Below the pieces are notes generated by a model. That model was given only the letters and a program-made list of their open reading frames with translations. It searched no databases and was not told where the DNA came from. From assembly GCA_965287045.1 (NCBI GenBank), contig OZ336885.1:62744001-62808000 (forward strand): 64,000 nucleotides of DNA. Reading direction: 5' to 3'. Position numbers and translations under genes: made by a program. The stretch's first letter is position 1; every line of letters begins with the position of its first letter. Origin of the DNA: Carcharhinus amblyrhynchos. Its lineage: Eukaryota. Positions 51,401 through 63,699 of the stretch are shown here, piece by piece.

Positions 51401-53618
51401 GTTCGTACAGATACGGTGTCAGAGCTGGCAGGGTCAAAAACGCCCCTTAACTGCCACTCACAAATGGCAGCTTTTGCAACATTTAGCGATTCGACTTCAA
51501 GCTTTCAACTATTAAGTGACTCTAAATGCACTTTCGTAGAAAATACCAAAACAGATCCATGCCGCTATATCAATCAGCTTGTGACGGGTGGCCTGGTGAT
51601 CAACAACAAACTAGAGTCGTTGCCCTGTAAATATGAACATTCTATTAAGAGTTGGATACAGAAAACCAGGATACGATCCGTCGAATGTTTGCAGTGGTGT
51701 TCGGGCAAAAAATACTGAACAAGTTATCCACCTCCACATCTCCTGAAATCATGAGCATCAACAAGTGTGGTGTCCTCTTCAATTTGCGAGATAACTGATA
51801 ATTTTGCAGGCAGAATTAACAATAACGGCTAAATGATTTGGTTCCATTGAGTTATCGCGCTAAACGTGCGCTCTCCAACAAATGCCGTAAGCCGAGGTAG
51901 GTATGCGCAAAGTTGTTATGCTTGCCTTCCTATGAATATTAACTCAGAATAAAGGCAATCTCTATTTCCCTACTCCATTATTCTGCGCTCATTGAACAGA
52001 ACATGCCGATCACATGCACCTTTTCCCCTACTCGGAAGTTATAGGGCCACAACATTCACCTTCTCACAGAAACAATTTGGGTAAGAGCTTCATAAGTAAA
52101 CCACTAATGTCATTATTAATATGTTCCAAAGCTGTCTTGTGGCAAGAGGTGATTCAACTCGAACTGGCCCTTTATTCAATACACTTTTTGACCGAATGGC
52201 CGGCTGATAAATCTGATGTCAATTTCAGAAGGCTAATGTGTTTTTTTTTGTGATGATGGTGAGAATGATATCTTGCTGAGAGGGATGTGGTTGAGGGGTG
52301 GAGGGGGTGGATGGTGGATTTCCACCATGTGTCCACGCATCATACAGAGAGGAAGAGAGTTTTTGCTGTTCAAGTATTCCAATTCAATCACATAATCAGA
52401 CACATATCACGATAGTTTGTTTTCCTGAACGTCCTGGCCTAGACTAAAACAATTTAACATGTTCATTAAAGTTTTCAGTCACTGAAACCCTCACATTACA
52501 GCTTACAATTTGTTAAATCCATTCTTTGCTTTCATGGTTCCGAATATACCCAAACATACATGGCCCAATATTGCCAAATATAGACGACTGTTATTTGTAG
52601 ATGACGAATATATAAGTCATGTCCAACTCATAGACGTCTGATCCCAATCGGTGAGAAGCTCAACATTTGCTTTAGACATTCAGAACGCCTTAACGTGCGT
52701 GAATTAATGCCAGCAATACTCTGCATAATACGACTAAAGATAATATTAACTCCATTTGACATAAAAATAGCGTGTCTTCAGTAGAAGAACAAGGATCGGG
52801 AATTCTGACACATGCTTCTCACATGTTATTCCATTAATTCAGGCAAACCACACCGTAAAAAGCACACCATACCAACAGAGTTTGCTGTTCGAATGTTCCA
52901 GTTCAATCATTCATCGAGACATATGCTACTGTCAGGGAATATGTTAACTTGCCTGGATGAGTGTGCATTTAAATCTCTCAAGCAAAATGACATCACCGAG
53001 GATAATGCACGCTGCTTGAAATAGACAACTATAAACGACTCAAAGATCCATTCCCGAGGAACGTTAGTGAAGAGCGCAGTGGAATATGTGTAATATTAAC
53101 TGCAGAAATTCAACAAGTCGCCTTCCACAGCATATATCAGTCACAAAACATCTCCTTCCTGGAAGGAAAATAACAATAAAGAAAGACAATTTGCGCCAAA
53201 CTGTGATTGGCCTGAAGACAAGGTATTGAGGATGATAGGGCAAATGGCTGTGATTATTTTCAATCTGCGTCACAATTGATAAATTATATGTTGGAATTGT
53301 GAGTGAGTAAATTCAAATTGTTTCTGTTCGAGGAGAAAGAATAATTTCCTTCTTCATAAGGGAAACATTTTTCAATGTGTTCATGTAAATTTGCAGTAAA
53401 CAGCGAACACATTTTGCATTAATTTCAAATACGTATTTACACTGGCTTTCACGGAACTTGATATTTAGCATAGCTGACAAGTGTATTACGCTATTCTTTA
53501 TCAGGTACAATGTTTGTAATTTTCACTTTAGGGTACACATCTTGTTGTAGTTAAGGTGTAACTTTATGACATCAATTGTTCATAGGCTGTGTCTGCACCT
53601 TTTTTTTGCCTGGAACAG

Positions 53619-53645
53619 ACGACAGGATAAAAGAGCTAAAAGAAG
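53619..53645 (+). CDS. Candidate 27-nt phase-1 micro-exon, type D (DDRIKELKE)
   Basis: ttttttgcctggaacag|ACGACAGGATAAAAGAGCTAAAAGAAG|gtatgt; paralogous to 46641-46667. Confidence 0.85.
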
Positions 53646-54015
53646 GTATGTAATATAACTTTATAATATCGTTCTAAGGATTAGAACATGTTGTCGTATG
53701 ATTTAAGTTTGTTCATCAGAGGGAATAAGTCTTTGTAAAATAAATAATCATGTTAAAAACGTCGATAACATGTAGATTTTACAAAATAAAAAAAACTGGG
53801 TATATTAATAAATCCTACTCGTACACAAATAGATCAAAATGGATTGTCCATGTAGTAATTCTAATTGAAAGCCGAGAAACAGACGCAAAACAAACAGACA
53901 CGCAGACACACACACACACACACACACAAAACAAGAAACCGGGCAAAGCAAAATGAGGAAAAAAAGTAGGCTAAAAAAAAGTTAAGAAGTGTTGTAACAT
54001 GATTTCTTCTCTATT

Positions 54016-55206
54016 TAAGAATATAAGAACATAAGAACATAAGAAATAGGAGCAGGAGTAGGCCATCTAGCCCTTCGAGCCTGCCCCGCCATTCAATAAG
54101 ATCATGGCTGATCTGTCGTGGCTCAGTTCCACATTCCCGCCCTCTCCCCATAACCCTTAATCCCCTCTCTTATCAAAAACCCATCAACCCGCGTCTTAAA
54201 AATATTTAGCGAGGCAGCCTCCACCACTTCAACAGGCAGAGAATTCCAGAGATTCACCACCCTTTGAGTGAAGAAGTTCCTCCTCAACTCCGTTCTAAAC
54301 CGCCCCCCGCCCCCTTTATCTTGAGGCTGTGCCCCCTAGTCCTGCTGTCTTTTTTGAGCGGGAAGAGTCTCTCCACCTCTATCCTATCCATCCCATTCAT
54401 CATCTTATACGTCTCAATGAGATCTCCCCTCATTCTTCTAAACTCTTACGAGTACAAGCCTAGTTTATTCAGCCTCTCCTCATAGCTCAACCCCCTCAAC
54501 TCCGGTATCAGCCTAGTAAACCTCCTCTGCACTCCCTCCAAGGCCAAAATATCTTTGCGCAGGTGCGGCGCCCAAAACTGCACACAGTACTCCAGCTGCG
54601 GCCTCACCAATGCCCTAAACAGCTGCAGCAAGACCTCCCTACTTTTATATTCAATCCCCCTCGCTATGAAGGCCAGCATCCCATTCGCCTTCCTGACCAC
54701 CTGCTGCACCTGCAAGCTGGGTTTTTGCGACTCATGCACATGGACCCCGGGGTCCCTCTGCACCGTCGCCTGCTGCAGTTTTTCGCCCCGTAAGTAATAG
54801 TCCTTCCTACCATTATTCCTACCAAAGTGGACCACCTCACACTTGCCAACATTAAATTCCATTTGCCATTTCCTGGCCCATTCGCCCAGCCCATCTAGAT
54901 CCTTCTGCAGGCTCTCCACACCCTCCGCTCAATTTGCCGTTCCCCCAATCTTGGTGTCATCAGCAAATTTCGACACCCTACACTCGGTTCCCTCCTCCAG
55001 ATCATGTATATAAATGGTAAAAAGCTGAGGCCCCAGCACCGACCCCTGGGGCACTCCACTAGTCACCATCCGCCAATCCGAATAGCACCCGTTGACCCCC
55101 ACTCTCTGCCTCCTATTTGACGACCAATCCTCTATCCACGCTAACACCCTACCCCCAACTCCATGTCCCTCGACCTTCTGCAATAACCTTTTGTGAGGTA
55201 CTTTAT
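54016..55206 (-). mobile_element. Young CR1 LINE 3' fragment with RT domain
   Basis: ORFs 54929-55210 and 54446-54919: '[16 protein letters not shown]…FADDTK…LEGVQRRFTRLIP'; (ATAAGAAC)n tail. Confidence 0.95.
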
Positions 55207-56189
55207 GCACAAAAGCAAACTATGTTTCTTTTGTGATAACATTTTCGAACATGTCTTCGGTGAGTTTGCATTTTTTTTTGCACCACTACTGTTTCCATAC
55301 TGTGATCGAATCGCCTGTGAACAGATGGAAATATTATGATGTTGTTGAACACAAGAAAGATGGAAACGATAAATGTGCGTCAGCACATGTGTAATGTGTC
55401 TTTATATGTGTGTGTGTATGTGTCAGTTTGTGTGTATGCGCAGTTGTGGAATTGCAAATTCGAGGAGACGAAACAATGTACAAGCCACAAGTGCTGGTGA
55501 TTCTGATCATGGATTTGAATTAATGAAGGGATATCGCACAGAGCAAGCTCAAGTAAAAAAAAAGTATGACGTTTGAAATTCATCAGCCTCATGTTGACGA
55601 ACAGAGATTTGGATAGAGAAATAAATGAAAGGGTAATAATCGGGAAAAAGAAACAAACAATGATCAGAAAAAAAGAATCATGTGCTAAATAAATTGCTCG
55701 ACCGACAGACCATCATGCTTAAGGTTAAAAACTTTATTAATCGAACATAATTTTTAAAAAAATACAATGTGGTCCTCATTACAAGACATGTAAGACAGGA
55801 AGCATAGTCCTCCAAAAGAGCAGGTTGCAATAAATAAATAAATGTGATTTTGTTTCAAGCAAGAGCCATTTCGCACGAAATAACTTGAGAACGAAATGAG
55901 AAAGGGAGTGGTGAATGAAAAAAAAAGTTACTATTGATTTATAATTTTACTGTGCCGGGAATGTAAATTGATTGCGTTGCAACGGCATTCAAGTGTTGCA
56001 GGGTACTGAGTGGTTTTCTCTGGGGAAATAAAATGAAATATGACGTGAGGCGTGGAATAAAGATCAGTGGAGGAAATGGATTTCCTTAACATACACTGGG
56101 TTGTTCGATTGTAGAAGTTGCATCTCATCGTGCTCAGCCAAGCAGTAGCAGATTTATATTGGGGGATTTCATTCAAGTAAAAAATAACA

Positions 56190-56790
56190 CAGAGTAAAGC
56201 AAGACACAGAACACGAACAGGTCCTTTGACCATTCAAGCCTGTGCCAATCATGATGACCTAATTAATTAATAAAATAAAAACATTCTGTCCTCAGTTTCT
56301 CCATATCCCTATATTACATACCTACCCATGTGCCCACATAGATGACGATTAAAGATTTGTTCCCGCATTCCCTCTGGCAGCGCGTTACAAATATGAAAAA
56401 TTGACATGAAAATATTCCTCCGCATATTTCACTTAAATTTCCCCCCCTCACCTTGAAGCCGTGTCCCGTTCAAATTGAAAATTCCACCCTGGGGAAAGGA
56501 CTTTGGCTATCCATCTTGCCTGTGCCTCTCTTAAATTTATGATAACATTCCTCCGCCTCCGGATGTCCAGTGAAAAGTTTCCTTGGTTATTCAACCTCCC
56601 GTCATGGTCAACAGCCTCGAGACAAGTAAAAATCCTGGAAATTTTATTTTTCGCTATCTCCAAAACGTCCACGTTCTACTGGTGAAGTGGCGGCGAGAAC
56701 TGCATGCAACTCTGGAAATGCGTCCTAACCATGCGTTTACATTGCTACAAAATGAATTTCCAGTTGCTGCACTAAATGCTCACCCTGCAT
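56190..56790 (-). mobile_element. Degraded CR1 3' fragment
   Basis: Tail and 3' region similar to the other CR1 copies; boundaries approximate. Confidence 0.6.
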
Positions 56791-58229
56791 TCTTTCCAAC
56801 TTCTCTAGAAAAGTGACTTGTGATTCAATCGTGGTGAGAAGGCAAAGTAAAAATCTTATTCACGGAAGCCCCTAAATACATTGGTAGCACAGACTGGACA
56901 GTCATTAGAATTTCACCGATGGGTGTACTTTGACATTCTCTGAGCACAATAATAATCAACCGTCACGTACCAATGTGAATGTTAATTAATGTGTCGTAAC
57001 GGATTTTTCGAAAGGTAGATTTATTTTTCAGAATCCATGAACAGCATGTCATGGAAAGGAGAAAAAAAAACGTGAGAGACGATTGAGAAAATATGTTCAG
57101 ATTAACTAATAACAGGACCTATTGGATACAATCAAAGTGAAGTTGGCAACATGGGAGAAAAGGAAACTGCGTTCGATACAGGAAATTGAGTTGTGCGAGG
57201 GAGCTGAACGTTAATTAAAATTGGAACAGGAAAAGGGCTGATATCAAAAAGTCGCGATTTAGGGCGAATGCAGAAGCTGACTTGGGACACATTGGGGGAA
57301 AGTGGCATGTGTAGATGTGCAGAACTTTAGGGAATATTGCAGAATGGAGACAACGTAAGGCTGTCATAAGCATTGGCTTATTATTGAGCACCTGTTCCAA
57401 AAACGTGAGGATTTCCATAGCAAAAGCACTGCGGTTGTATGGCACATAGCGTTGTCCTACAGTTTTGGTTGTTTAATGTCGGCATGGTATGGAAGTTCAA
57501 AATTTATTTTGAACACAAAATAAACGAAACGAATGCCAGACACTTTCGGTGTAATTCGAATACATAGATTCTTACAAGGAGCGAAAATGGATACCTCCTC
57601 CTCTGTCACAATGGCCATGTAATTGAACGAATATAATGCAGATTTCAGTAAATGCTTCTCAACAAATGTTTCTGGTTTGTTAACCTATCCAGAATTAAGC
57701 CGGTGTCAAGCAAACCAAAAGAATTTACGTAAGCATCCTGATGTCAGTCTGCATGAAACTCGTCAACGTAGTTTTGTAATTAATAGCATTATGAATGTGC
57801 AGTTTCATTTCCTGTACACATGCAAACTATTTTTTTTGCTGTTACCTGTAAGTCCTGCATACTTAGAGCATGAAAAATATTCTATCCTCCGGAAATGCCA
57901 AGTAAAAAAAAACTTAAGAATGTATGTTGATAACGAGTTGTATCCATTGTGAACGCTTCTAGTGGTAATTACGTGCTCAGAGTTAAATCCAAGCCATTCC
58001 TTTATATGCAATATTGTACATGCAGAAGAGAAGGAAACAAATACAAAGAAAACAATTGCTTTGTTTTGACATTTGTTACAATGTTCCTTGGAGTGGAGGG
58101 ATGTGGCGAACAGGCTTAATACCGTTTTTTCCAAAAATTCTTTTCGTCAGTTACAATCTATTTCCAACACTTGACATACGAAAACGCAAGCATTAGAATC
58201 CCTGTTCACTGAAAGAGAAATTCCTTCCG

Positions 58230-58515
58230 GTGCTTATTAGTCGACGGCGAAAGTGTCCACACCCATTCTAGGAAGGAGCACATTGCCCAGTGCCACTTTC
58301 TGGCCTATTCTCATACCTCCGCCCGTGTTTGTCTTCCTTTGCTGCGTGACCTTTCCAACATAGGATGTGGCAATACAGCACGATAAATCCAACCACACAG
58401 CACACCTTTGGATTGAGGAAGGAAATCCAAAAACCGGGGAAACGCCAAGCAGTCGTGGAGCAAAGGAGCAAACATCACACATTCACCCAAGGCCAGAACC
58501 AACCGTGGTTCTTTC
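58230..58515 (-). mobile_element. Degraded HE1-like SINE
   Basis: GCACACCTTTGGATTGAGGAAGGAAATCC…CACATTCACCCAAGGCCAGAA core. Confidence 0.6.
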
Positions 58516-60489
58516 GCACAACTATGCAGACGTAAAAAAAATCACTTTACAAATCTAAGCATCCACAATACAAACGGTTACAACACATCAGAACATAGCA
58601 GGTGTGATAACTATTGTCGTTCTTGGCGAAATGAATTATCTTCTTCGTAGATATCATTGGCTCTCTTGACGATGTGATGAACATATGCCAGAAGGCAGCC
58701 TCTACTGACCAGTATGAATACCATCAAGTCACAGATTTGAAAAGTGTTGCAGTACCAAATAGATCATTCAGTTCATCATTCTGGTGCTTGCCAGCCACCA
58801 GACACCAAACTATTCCATCTCAATATTCCAGCACTCGGTCTGTGGTTCTCTATTATATTGAGATTTAATGTCTCACCTAAACGCTTTTGAAATATGTAAC
58901 CGTTCCGTTATGACCGATCATTTAAGATGACGAGGTGCAGGTCATTTTTGTAACAATGCCATTTCCCCGAAAAACAAAACAAAGTTTCTGTCCCATAACC
59001 TAAATTTATGCACCATGTTTATTACCCTCTGCATTAAGCACAAATGTGTCTTAATATTTACCCTACCCTCGGGCATGATAGCTTCAGACCATTCAGCTTC
59101 CCTCTTAGCCGATCTGGTCCAAGGAAACAACGTCACCTAAAAAAAATTCTCTTCATATCTGAAACGCTCCAGAACTGGCAGTGTGGAAAGAGAAAGAATG
59201 GCTACAACAATACTTTAACAAACATAATAGCTTTACTTTTGTTTTTAATTAGTGTTCTGACTGAGAGTGAAGCATGCTCGGAGTTTTGGTCAATTTATGG
59301 ATTAAAACCAGAAGCAGGTCGGAGAGAGAATCAGGTCTGTATGCTGTAATCCAAAACTTCCTATGTTGGTCAGATCACGGAAGTGGTTTGTTTCAACTGA
59401 GACAGCGTGTCTCTGATTTATATGGATATTATGTATGGGACATGTAAAATGAACTAAACATCGTGGAGTCGTTCAAAAGTAATTTTAACTGGGTGTTCGA
59501 AGGACGTGACTGTTTTATGGTTGCACGGTAAGTCGGATGACAGATAATCTTCTGGAAGCAAGCGGAGAATTGTGGATAAAAGATATGTGAGTTCTGTGTT
59601 TGGCAGTGATAACTTCAAGAGAACAAATATCGCAAGAAGACCTTGTACCATGAAGAATACTTCAGACAGGAGAATGTATAGTATATTCCTTGGTCAAGGT
59701 TTTCGTAACTCGTTCGTACCTATTTTCGGCTAAATATTAAAAGTTGATGCTCAGTTACAATTAATTTTCAGTAACGAGTTAATGAGTTACAACCGTTGAT
59801 GTTTAGGTTGACACTAAAAGTGTGAAATGAAGAATGAACTCAATTGCTGCGACTTCTTTGCCTCTAAAATGGAACGCTTGTAACGCGTTTAGTTTAAAGA
59901 TGTATAACAGTGGATACGATGTATTACCTTCTCCAGTGCGAACAAATCATTGTATAGTGTGCGGAGGAGAACTGCGCAGAGTACAGTATAAAGAGGTATG
60001 CTCCGAGAACATTCTGGAACCCACACATCGTGGAGTTATTCTTCGATAAGATTGTCTTTTCGGTTCTTGCATCTTACATCTTTTACATTTTCCAGGCTTC
60101 AATGTTATTCATTACGGCTCTGCCCGTCAACAGTTTTGCAGATAGCATTCTTTCCAGCTTTTTATCAAAGGAATAATATTCGCGTGATCTGTGCAAATCA
60201 AGTCAAGCCTTCTGCTTTCACGTCAAGTTCATGACCGTAAACTGCAAAAAGCACGCAATTCAAAAAATTCACACAAAAACAAATAGATCATCTTTGCCTT
60301 CTGCCACGAACAGTATTCTAGATTGCCTTTGCGAAATGAATTCGATCCAAGATCTCTCAATATTTTGACATGTAATAAATACATAGGATGTCAAGTGTGC
60401 TAGTAAAATCCATGTGGAACATAAAACGTGCACAGTCGTAATGTACAAAGTTCACGTAACTTCTTGAATAGTTCAATACAATTGGTTAA

Positions 60490-61740
60490 ATCTGGCTACT
60501 CCCTATATAGCCACCCTGCCTGCCCCTGACCATTCATTGTTTCTCTCAGTGGAGAGTAATTATCAGAAACAAATCCAAATAATCTCCCGAACAGGCATGT
60601 TCAATTGCCTGCAATTACTTGATATATCACCACATGCCTTCTTGAATAACGATGTCACATTATTTGCCCACAGTCACCAGGCACCTCTCCTGTGGCCAGA
60701 CATGACGAAATTTATTGGCAGAGCGACAATATTTTCTCCCTTCTTTAAGGCAGCAGACTATAATACAGCTGACCAAGGCTTGGGGATTTAGCAAGGTTTG
60801 TTTCCCGTGAGGCTAACATGACGTTCTCAATCCCAATGCTAATTAGTTCAATTGCTTGACACTTCCCTTCTGTTATTCATATACCGCTATTATCCTTTTA
60901 CGTAATGAACACAACTGCAAACGTAAACAAACAAAACAAAAACTTGAATGATCTGACTATGTCCTTCCACTCCACATGCATATTGGGACTTCGTTCACGA
61001 ACAGTCCATTCTCATTCACGGGTTATCCGTTACCCCTTAATTTATGTAGAACATACAGTGAGGCTTTCTGTTATGCTGTCCAACCATGATTATTTCTCAC
61101 ACCTCAACCAACTGCTTTGAATAATTTCCACATACATTTCCTGCTTCTACTTTTTCAGCCCCTTGAATCAGTCGTTTCTTTTCCTGGTGCAACCCTTTTT
61201 GAAACTTGTGATTCAGTCTTCTGCAGACATGTTTTACCCACACTTTACGTTTACAGAAGCAAGTTTTCTTTCTACTCTCTTTGATTGTTTTTTGAAAGAC
61301 GCCAACTGTTATCACGTGGAATTCCTTGAATTTCGCTGTGACTTGTATTATTTACCCATATATTGCCGTAACAACTTAAAATCTGCCTTGCCCCATTTTG
61401 GAACTTTTTTTTTTCTGAATCCACCACAACTCCCTGAACTGACTTGTAACAACACTGGTGGAAAAAGCCTTGCACTATATTTCTACGCGGAATTTCAACT
61501 AATCCAATATCTCAACCTTGTCATCAGTAATGTGTGTTTAAATCATTGACATTTCTATCATGCTGCTAAGAGTATTAATACATAACATAGCTACCAATAT
61601 TAACAGTTATTGAGTTGTCATCACTATCGGCAATACGCTCCTCATTGACATTTCAATCACATGGTTGCCTTTATTCCAGACAACTTGGTCCAATACCTCC
61701 ACGAATTATTTGGAAAACGTCTCTTTTGGTGAACGGATTC
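60490..61740 (-). mobile_element. Old degraded CR1 (EN-RT linker region)
   Basis: Residual similarity only; boundaries approximate. Confidence 0.45.
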
Positions 61741-61798
61741 CCTTAAAGTAATGTAAGAAAACTTTTATGCATTTCACAAAAATCAGTCTTTTTTTTAG

Positions 61799-62169
61799 TT
61801 TCAAGATGTAAAGAAAATTTATTTCAAGCCATAAAAAAAACATTCGAGACAAATGTTAAAATCGGACATAGGAGACCTTCGAATGGAGAAGAAGTGCTGA
61901 GTCAATGTGACAAACCCTACGAAGAGTTGTGGCACAGGACTGAAGTTCATTGCGATGGTATCCTGCGGATATCTAAGATATTCCCACTAACTGGTTTATA
62001 CTGTATTACTTGTCTTGGTGACATGTCAGTCCACAACAAGATTGTTGCTTCAGCTAATTGTGAAATTCCCAAAGACGCTTTGCCAAGACAATCGGGTGTA
62101 TCAGTCCAAGACCACTTGGCAGGCACACTCTTATGCCCAGACAATGGGTCCTTTCAATTTTGCATTTAA
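61799..62169 (+). CDS. Candidate terminal coding exon (123 aa, Cys-rich) of the micro-exon gene
   Basis: tcttttttttag| acceptor; open in phase 1: VSRCKENLFQAIKKTFETNVKIGHRRPSNGEEVLSQCDKPYEELWHRTEVHCDGILRISKIFPLTGLYCITCLGDMSVHNKIVASANCEIPKDALPRQSGVSVQDHLAGTLLCPDNGSFQFCI*. It begins with a type-A-like motif exactly where the module predicts one. Confidence 0.7.
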
Positions 62170-62340
62170 CGTTTCATTAAGTGTTTCAACATGTGTCCTG
62201 TGTTCGAATCTTCTTTATAATTTACGATGACTAATTTATTGTCAGTTTCGAGTGGTTGAATTTCTATCGACTCAGCAATGTTTGTTAATTTGTTATGGTG
62301 AATATGAGAAACTTATTGTATATTAACACTCATCAATCAA

Positions 62341-62346
62341 AATAAA
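62341..62346 (+). terminator. Candidate polyadenylation signal AATAAA
   Basis: About 170 nt after the stop codon and followed by a T-rich tract; a second AATAAA lies at 62702-62707. Confidence 0.5.
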
Positions 62347-63249
62347 CATCATTTTCATTCATGTTATTTTTTTTGTATTCACAATTAAACACACGTTCAT
62401 TCCCATATCTGGCAAAAACTAAGATCTGTCTATAACGCTACTTGGTAATTTTGAATCACCTACCTCACCCTCTCATGCAGAACTATATATGCAGTCGCTC
62501 GATAATATTTCTTGGTTGCATTATTTCATAATTCCATCCGTCTAACAGTATCAACATTTGAGGATCCAAATGAGGACCCCTGAATTTGAAGAATCATGAC
62601 AACATTACTCTATTTGTGGACATATCTACAATACTTGCATGCATATTGCCCTTCCTGCATTCTCACCAGAAACAATGTCCCCCTTGGTTTATAATTAATA
62701 AAATAAATCTATAATCTATGAAATTCCTCCGGGACGAGTAACATCTGAGATAATGCGATTCTGAACACAGCACAATTTTAAACACTGTCCACAAAATCGC
62801 GCAGGCAGCTTCAGGTGGTAATGGTGAAGAAGAACTTGACTGTCATAGCCTGACAGGCTGGGCAGGAAATGAATACACATACATAAAAGAAAACGGTGCA
62901 AATCTAGCGTATAAAGCAGTTGTATAAATGGATGCTTAGTGCACATTATCTGAATTCATAAAACATTTTTAGCAGTATTCCTACTTTGACTGTACAGATT
63001 ACAACTTGTGGGAATGTTCTATTTACTACTGGGGAAGAACGGTTGCAACGTGATAAAGACTATGTGGTCAATATTTCCTGTTTTAAAATAAATGGAACGA
63101 AAAGGCCAAACTAGATATGAGATGAGGCTTCTTCCTGTGGTGTACCATCCTTTTTTTTGTTAAATGTTCTATTTGAGTTTATTTTTGCGAGTGGGCAGTA
63201 AGCAGAATATGAGGGAATCCTTGTTACAACTTGACAGTCAACATTTTGT

Positions 63250-63620
63250 TTCATGAGCTTTGCGTTCAAATTAATTTAGTAAACTTCCAAATTTGCATGG
63301 AAACAGTAGACTCGGGTGCACTGAACGATCCAGTCATGATACAGGTCAGCAAAATACATTCAGACAGATGTTCGAAATGGAAAACGAATGTTTATCCCCA
63401 AAAAAGAGAGTTTTTTTTTGCACCAGAAAGGGACAAATCCCATGGTTAACAAAGGAGGTCAAGGATGACGTTAAATTGAAAAGCAGGATACACAAAGTAG
63501 CAATGGATAATGGTAGTGAGTGTGATTTCTTGCTTGGGATCCAACATCAAATTGTTGACAACCTTCCAACAAGGGAGAAAAAATATTGTGAGACAACATA
63601 CACGCAAAATTAACTCAAAT
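63250..63620 (+). mobile_element. Degraded CR1 fragment
   Basis: 'IPWLTKEVKDDVKLK', the CR1 ORF2 linker motif. Confidence 0.65.
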
Positions 63621-63699
63621 AAAACAATGCACAAAGAAAAGAGTGAAAGCACAGCGCAGGTACAGTCATTCCGCCCTCTAAGTCTGTGCTGATCATAAT

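Noticed and set aside
58651-58868. Acceptor plus open phase-1 frame (DIIGSLDDVMNICQK…) as an alternative last exon
   Set aside because: No similarity to the module and no other support.
59173-59252. Acceptor followed by ELAVWKEKEW…, resembling a type-A exon start
   Set aside because: No usable in-phase donor before the stop; lacks the conserved Cys.
59937-59995. Possible exon ctccag|TGCG…AAAGAG|gtatgc (VRTNHCIVCGGELRRVQYKE)
   Set aside because: 59 nt, phase 1 to 0; it would frameshift the phase-1 terminal exon and I found no compensating exon. Worth checking in RNA-seq.
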